Of a stretch of DNA of 64,000 nt, positions 58,443 to 64,000 are shown piece by piece. The number at the start of each line of letters is the position of its first letter. The stretch's first letter is position 1. The notes beneath the pieces were generated by a model, which was not told the origin of the DNA, searched no databases, and saw nothing but the letters and a program-made list of their open reading frames with translations. The position numbers and the translations under genes are program-made. Location of the stretch: IMG/VR virus record IMGVR_UViG_3300024978_000008, positions 14,319-78,318 of that record; one strand, written 5' to 3'. This stretch comes from a virus.

Positions 58443-60146
58443 ATGCTTTTAAATGAATTAAAAGAACTATTGATGAAACCAAGGTGGCAAACATCATTTG
58501 CTAAATCTTCTAGACCGATAGTGACAGAAGCTAAAATGTTGATGGTAGAATTGACCAATTTTTTACCTCAAAACGCATCGTATTCTCAACGTGCTTGGCA
58601 TATACTTAATGATACCGACGAAATACCAAATTGCATTGAATGTGGTAAAGTTACACATTGGGGAAGTTGGAACTCTAGGACAACTTATTCTACATTTTGC
58701 TCTGATATATGTGCTAAAAATTCACCATTAACCAAAGAGAAGCGGCGTCAAACTGTATTAAAAAAATATGGTACAGAATATGTAACGCAATCTAAAGTTT
58801 TTAAAGAAAAATCCGAAGCTACTAATTTAAAGCGATATGGTACAAAAAGTTCATTATCAAACGAAGATGTTCGCAATAAAATAAAAATTTCTAATTTAGA
58901 GAAATATGGTTCAGAAAATCCTTTCGGTTCAGATGAAATTAAGAACAAGATAAAAAATACCATGATCGAAAAATATGGAGTAGACAATGCACGCCATATT
59001 TCAGGAATGTCTGATAAGATTAAAAAATTGAACATTAAAAAATATGGAGTAACACATCCATCTAAACTGGAATCAGTTAAAAATAAAAATAAAGAGACAA
59101 ATTTAGCTAAGTATGGCAAAAATCATATGCAGCAACATATATCAGATGATGCATTAACATTATTAAATGATGCATCGTGGTTAACCGATCAACATCATAA
59201 CCAAAAAAAAACTATTACTGAAATAGCAGAATTTTTAGGAATATATGATACTACCTTAAACAGTTATTTTAAAAAATATAATATCGAAACTAAACATTTT
59301 TTCACATCGGCACCCGAAAAACATATATGTGAATTTCTAAGTACATTTAACATAAAATATATACAAAATTGCAGAAATGTAATATTTCCATATGAACTTG
59401 ACATTTATTTACCGTCTCACAATTTAGCTATTGAATATTGTGGATTATATTGGCATTCAGAGATTCGAATACCTAAAAATTACCATAAAAATAAATATAT
59501 GTTATGTAAAGAAAAAGGAATAAGACTTATTCAGATTTTTGAACACGAATGGCTTCAGAATAAAGAAATTGTGAAATCGAAAATATTGAATGTATTAAAA
59601 ATATCAAATGTGCAAAAAATTTTTGCACGCAAAACTATCATAAAAACTGTTGAATCACAAATTAAAACAAATTTCTTTAATCAATATCATATCCAAGGAA
59701 ATGGATCGAGTTCTATCAATTACGGATTAACATATGGAAATGAATTAGTAGCTGTTATAGGATTTATTAAAAATCATGACGGTTCATTTACATTGAACAG
59801 ATATGCAACATCGTGTCGTGTTGTTGGCGGGTTTAGCAAACTTTTGACACATTTTGAAAAACAATATAATACGCCTAAAATCATAACTTTTGCTGACTTA
59901 CGATGGAGTGAAGGTAGTTTATATTACAATAACGGATTTATATTAGATAAAGAATTAAATCCTGATTATTGTTGGACGACTGGTAAAAAAATATTTCACA
60001 AATTTAATTTTAGACATGCAGGTATGAAAAATAAATTAAAAAATTATAATCCATCTTTATCGGAAACTGAAAACATGCATAATCATCATTATTATAGATT
60101 ATATGATTGTGGTAAACTGCGATTTGTAAAAAACAAAACATCTTAA
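58443..60146 (+). mobile_element. Free-standing homing-endonuclease-like gene (Hef-like)
   Basis: CIECG...FCSDIC, about 5 KYGx.N repeats, HTH, ELDIYLPSHNLAIEYCGLYWHSE, HIQG...LNRYA...GGFSKL...YADLRWSEG, LYDCG. Confidence 0.8.
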
Positions 60147-60184
60147 ATTTGTCTTGAATATTTGAATGATTTGATAAAACCCAA

Positions 60185-60222
60185 GAAATAAAAAAGTCTA
60201 CATATGCAGACTTTTTTATTTC
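60185..60222. terminator. Bidirectional terminator between convergent genes
   Basis: gaaataaaaaagtct...agacttttttatttc. Confidence 0.8.
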
Positions 60223-60240
60223 AAATTGACGAATTATTTT

Positions 60241-60588
60241 TTAATCTAACTCAACATCGAAATCTGGTTCATTAATATCATCATCTGACATACTTGAACG
60301 TGATAGTTCTTGACGCTTAGATTGATCTAATTGTCTACGTTCTGTACTACCATACTTGACAGCTAATCGCAGAGCTTCCTCACCTGTTTCTGTAGCTTCT
60401 AGACTCATACCATTCACTAATCCAAGGTCTACAAGTCTATCAACAGCATCTTGTGATGCTTGTGATGCAATGTCATAGTCAAAACGATGATCAACTATTT
60501 TTTTCAATAATCCAATTTGCAAAGGTGATAACTGTCTATAAGCTATCATTGGACTAACTTCTTCTTTCAATATATCTAAAATTTTCAT
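60241..60588 (-). CDS. Hypothetical late protein, winged-helix-like
   Basis: Leader MKILDILKEE; AVDRLVDLGLV...EATETG; GATAAATA at 60614-60621 (minus strand). Confidence 0.6.
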   Translation of the reverse strand: MKILDILKEEVSPMIAYRQLSPLQIGLLKKIVDHRFDYDIASQASQDAVDRLVDLGLVNGMSLEATETGEEALRLAVKYGSTERRQLDQSKRQELSRSSMSDDDINEPDFDVELD

Positions 60589-60702
60589 TTATGAATTCCG
60601 TTATTGTAACTATTATTTATCACTTGCAATTTAAAATCAAGCCAAATAATCGATAAAAGTTTTAGACTTGACTTCATCTTTAATGATGATACCATTAATA
60701 GT

Positions 60703-61074
60703 ATGGAAAATTTGATAATTACTCTGAATAAACCTAATAGATGTTGTGGAAGTACAACAGTTATACAAGAACTGTTGTTAAAAAGATTTAATCCAGAAAT
60801 GACATATATTATAATTTCAAAAAATCAACGGCATTCTAAAACATTTATAGAAGAAATATCATATAAATGTACTATACGAGGGAAAAATATTAATCACAAT
60901 CTATGGAAACCGTATTCATATAATAACATCACAATGGATCGGTTACGCGGTTATAGAAATTTAGTAATAATATTAGTGGATTATTCAAACATGTGCAAAT
61001 TTGATTTACATGAATTAACTTGCATTGTAAAGAATTCTGTAATAATTATAGAAAATGATTCCACATTAATTTAA
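60703..61074 (+). CDS. Hypothetical protein resembling a degenerate P-loop fragment
   Basis: RCCGSTT, LRGY...ILVD; sigma70-like promoter TTGACT(60668)-16-TACCAT upstream. Confidence 0.5.
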   Translation: MENLIITLNKPNRCCGSTTVIQELLLKRFNPEMTYIIISKNQRHSKTFIEEISYKCTIRGKNINHNLWKPYSYNNITMDRLRGYRNLVIILVDYSNMCKFDLHELTCIVKNSVIIIENDSTLI

Positions 61075-61088
61075 CATAAGGAAAAATT

Positions 61089-61643
61089 ATGACTTGTATT
61101 ATAGCACATGTAAAAAATGGTGTAGGTTACATGGCAGGAGACTACTTAGCCAGTAATTCTCATATGAAAGTAGATAGAAAGGATGATAAAGTTTTTGAAA
61201 AACATGACATGTTATTTGGATTTACTTCATCGTATAGAATGGGACAAATATTGAAATATTGTTTCGAACCGCCCAAGAATGAACCAAAGTTAACTGACCA
61301 TGGCTATATGGTTAAATTATTCATCCCAGAACTGATTAAGGTGTATAATGATAATTCTTATGGAATGAAAACAACGAAGGGTGATGCAGTTGGTGGAACG
61401 TTTTTAGTGATCAGAAATGGAAAAATATTCTGTATTGAAGGAGATTTTCAAGTTGGTGAATATAAAGACAATATATGGACTTGTGGTTCAGGATATGAAG
61501 TAGCTTATGGAGCTATGAAAGCTTTTGAATACTCAGATTTTTCTCCTGAAGAAAAATTGAGAAAATCAATTACAATAACTTCGGAAATTATTGGCTCTGT
61601 AGGGAAGAGATGTAAAATTATAAAAAAGGATTTTCAAAAATGA
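61089..61643 (+). CDS. HslV/proteasome-like Ntn-hydrolase protease
   Basis: N-terminal MTCI, AGD, DKVF, GFTSS.R, GSG..VAYGAM. Confidence 0.75.
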   Translation: MTCIIAHVKNGVGYMAGDYLASNSHMKVDRKDDKVFEKHDMLFGFTSSYRMGQILKYCFEPPKNEPKLTDHGYMVKLFIPELIKVYNDNSYGMKTTKGDAVGGTFLVIRNGKIFCIEGDFQVGEYKDNIWTCGSGYEVAYGAMKAFEYSDFSPEEKLRKSITITSEIIGSVGKRCKIIKKDFQK

Positions 61644-61813
61644 TTTATAGTTTTCAATGCAATACCAAAAAATGTTCAAATTATCATAAAATTGAAGATA
61701 GATTAATCAGAATGGATGATGTCGATAAACAAACATGTAAAGATTGTGGTAAATTAATGGATCAAGTTGATACATTTTGTACATCGTTTATTCTAAAAGG
61801 AAAATTTCACTAA
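61640..61813 (+). CDS. FmdB-family zinc-ribbon protein (57 aa; missed by the ORF track)
   Basis: MIYSFQCNTKKCSNYHKIEDRLIRMDDVDKQTCKDCGKLMDQV...FILKGKFH; ATGA and TAATG overlaps on both sides. Confidence 0.75.
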   Translation: MIYSFQCNTKKCSNYHKIEDRLIRMDDVDKQTCKDCGKLMDQVDTFCTSFILKGKFH

Positions 61814-62199
61814 TGGAATATAGAACTAGAAAATTAATCAAACACGAAGATTTGAATCCTAGTGGAACACTATTTGGTGGCCGAGCATTAGAAATGTGTG
61901 ATGAAGAGATGGCAATATTCGTATCATGTGTTTTAAATAATCCTAAGCATGTTGTTACAAAGTTTATGAGTGCAATCAATTTTAAAGCACCCGCACATTT
62001 AGGAGATATTATTGAAATTGGAACCAATTTAATAAAATTCGGAACTACATCAGTAACAATATCATGTTCATTACGAAACAAAACTACTTTACAAGAAATT
62101 TTAACTATTGATGAATGTGTATTTGTAAATTTGGATGAAAATGGTAAACCATTAGCACATGGATATGGTCAACATTCAATTCAAAATGAAATTTTTTAA
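61813..62199 (+). CDS. Acyl-CoA thioesterase (HotDog fold)
   Basis: DLNPSGTLFGG..L...DEE, INFKAPAHLGDI, FVNLDENGKP; start reset to ATG 61813. Confidence 0.88.
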   Translation: MEYRTRKLIKHEDLNPSGTLFGGRALEMCDEEMAIFVSCVLNNPKHVVTKFMSAINFKAPAHLGDIIEIGTNLIKFGTTSVTISCSLRNKTTLQEILTIDECVFVNLDENGKPLAHGYGQHSIQNEIF

Positions 62200-62205
62200 A
62201 TTAAT

Positions 62206-62730
62206 ATGAAACTTTATTATACCGGAGTCGGCTCAAGAACTATTCCAATTGATGTTGCACATCAAATGACACATATTGCACATATACTACAGGAAATGTA
62301 TACATTACGATCTGGAGCAGCATCAGGTTCGGATGAGAGTTTTGAATTAGGATGCACAAATAATAATAAGGAAATATACATTCCATGGAAAGGATTTAAT
62401 CATAATGACTCAAAGCTTTATTATCAATCTGATATAGCATTTGATATAGCATCACAATATCATCCGAATTGGAAAAATTTAAAAGACTCTGTTAAGAAAC
62501 TACATGCTAGAAATGTTCATCAAGTTCTTGGATTAGATTGTTCAACGCCATCATCTTTTTTAATTTGTTATACACAAGATGGATGTGAAAGTCATAAATC
62601 TAGAACTAGAAATACAGGTGGAACAGGACAAGCTATATCAATAGCATCAGAACATGGAATAGAAATAATAAACATGAAAAACTTATTATGGAAAGAACGA
62701 TTTGAAGATATTACGGGTATAATTATATGA
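62206..62730 (+). CDS. SLOG/DprA-like protein
   Basis: YTGVGSR, LRSGAASGSD, LHARNVHQVLG, GGTGQAISIA. Confidence 0.75.
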   Translation: MKLYYTGVGSRTIPIDVAHQMTHIAHILQEMYTLRSGAASGSDESFELGCTNNNKEIYIPWKGFNHNDSKLYYQSDIAFDIASQYHPNWKNLKDSVKKLHARNVHQVLGLDCSTPSSFLICYTQDGCESHKSRTRNTGGTGQAISIASEHGIEIINMKNLLWKERFEDITGIII

Positions 62731-63296
62731 AGAAACATTATGACGAAATGATGAAACGATATGATGAAGTAATGAAATGTTTTGACCACATCATGAACAT
62801 GTTTCCAAAAATTACAACAAATTTTATTTTTGATTCATTTAAAAAAATTGAAAAGAATGAAAAAATTGACAAAGGAAAGGTAAAACAAGTAATTATCATT
62901 AGAAAAGATTTGAACATGACTAAAGGGAAAATGTGTGCTCAAACAAGTCATGCAAGTTTAGGTGTTATTTTGAATTTAATGGAAAATAAAACCAAATCAT
63001 CAGATATAGGAAATCCCAACAAATTCTTTAAACAAAAGATATTGACATATTCTAATGACAGTGCATTGGACATATGGCTTAATGATAAATTTACTAAAAT
63101 ATGTGTCTATGTTAATTCTGAACAAGAATTATTAGATTTACAAAAACGTGCTGAAAAAGCTGGTCTTATAAATTGTTTAATAAAAGATGCAGGAGATACT
63201 ATGTTTCACGGTGTTCCTACTTTCACAACTCTAGCAATAGGTCCAGCATATTCATCAGAAATCGACCCGATTACGAAAAGTTTACCATTGCTTTAA
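62727..63296 (+). CDS. Peptidyl-tRNA hydrolase, PTH2 type
   Basis: KQVIIIRKDLNMTKGKMCAQTSHA, KICV, IKDAGDT, TTLAIGP...IDPITKSLPLL. Confidence 0.92.
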   Translation: MKKHYDEMMKRYDEVMKCFDHIMNMFPKITTNFIFDSFKKIEKNEKIDKGKVKQVIIIRKDLNMTKGKMCAQTSHASLGVILNLMENKTKSSDIGNPNKFFKQKILTYSNDSALDIWLNDKFTKICVYVNSEQELLDLQKRAEKAGLINCLIKDAGDTMFHGVPTFTTLAIGPAYSSEIDPITKSLPLL

Positions 63297-63383
63297 ATAT
63301 ATTGTATAAATAAATTTAAAGCTTGACAGTTGTAAGAATTACAGTAATAATGTATTCAAATATTAACGAGGCTATATATCACT

Positions 63384-64000
63384 ATGTCAACATTAGCAAA
63401 TAATTTCAAAGATTCATTCTTATCAAAGAAACAAGAAGAATATTCAATCGAAGAATATTTGGAGTTATGTAAAACTAATAAAGATTATTATGCCAATGCT
63501 GCTGAACGTATGTTAAAGGCTATTGGAGAACCAATTCTAGTAGACACTGCTAATGATTCTAGATTATCTCGCATTTTTTCTAATCGTAAAATAAAAGTTT
63601 ATCCAGCTTTCAAAGATTTTTATGGTATGGAAGATGTAATAGAGAACATTGTAAATCATTTTAAACATGCTGCGCAAAATCTTGAAGAATCTAAACAAAT
63701 TCTCTATCTTCTTGGTCCTGTTGGCGGTGGTAAATCTAGCTTGGCTGAAAAATTGAAAAAATTGATGGAAAAAGAACCTATATACGTCCTTAAAGCTAAT
63801 AATCAATTATCACCCATTTTCGAATCTCCATTGGGACTATTTTTCGAAGATAAATATGCAGATATATTAGAAGAAAAATATAACATTCCTAAGCGATATT
63901 TGAAAGTAACTGCATCTCCATGGGCCATTAAACGTCTAAATGAATTTGATGGAGATTTATCAAAGTTCTCTGTAGTTAAAATATATCCATCTATTCTCAA
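63384..64000 (+). CDS. prkA: PrkA/YeaG-family AAA serine kinase, partial (runs off right edge; absent from the ORF track)
   Basis: Hand translation: MSTLANNF...YANAAERMLKAIGEP...RLSRIFSNR.I..YPAF.DFYGME..IE.IV..FKHAAQ.LEE.KQILYLLGPVGGGKSSLAE. Confidence 0.92.
   Translation, partial: MSTLANNFKDSFLSKKQEEYSIEEYLELCKTNKDYYANAAERMLKAIGEPILVDTANDSRLSRIFSNRKIKVYPAFKDFYGMEDVIENIVNHFKHAAQNLEESKQILYLLGPVGGGKSSLAEKLKKLMEKEPIYVLKANNQLSPIFESPLGLFFEDKYADILEEKYNIPKRYLKVTASPWAIKRLNEFDGDLSKFSVVKIYPSIL

Noticed and set aside
1-64000. Stop-codon reassignment, tRNA or rRNA genes
   Set aside because: Core genes are full length in code 11 with dense packing; no cloverleaf or rRNA-like sequence seen in the short intergenic gaps (by eye only).
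63564-64000. Minus-strand ORFs 63564..63806 and 63803..64000
   Set aside because: Antisense to the plus-strand prkA reading frame.

Overview
AT-rich 64-kb segment of a large T4-superfamily (jumbo) myophage genome in the standard genetic code; both window ends cut genes. It holds a replication/recombination set (RNase H, sliding clamp, family B DNA polymerase, DsbA-like protein, RuvC-like resolvase, DinG/XPD-like helicase, gp47/gp46), a gp55-like late sigma factor with about 19 NATAAATA late-promoter boxes, a contractile tail/baseplate module, a head module (portal, core proteins, prohead protease; no major capsid gene), two free-standing homing-endonuclease-like genes and an accessory cluster ending in a partial PrkA/YeaG gene. 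Most notable: (1) the start of a probable GT60 polypeptide GlcNAc-transferase at the left edge, absent from the ORF track, together with mucin-like Thr/Pro tracts on five virion proteins and a prolyl-hydroxylase-like oxygenase, suggesting phage-encoded virion O-glycosylation; (2) a late T7-gp0.7-like kinase with a capsid-targeting-like N-terminus facing an early phosphoesterase; (3) a 430-bp non-coding region with a consensus promoter, twin GNA-triloop hairpins and GCTTTT repeats (candidate origin or ncRNA). Family calls rest on motif recognition by eye; no database searches were run.
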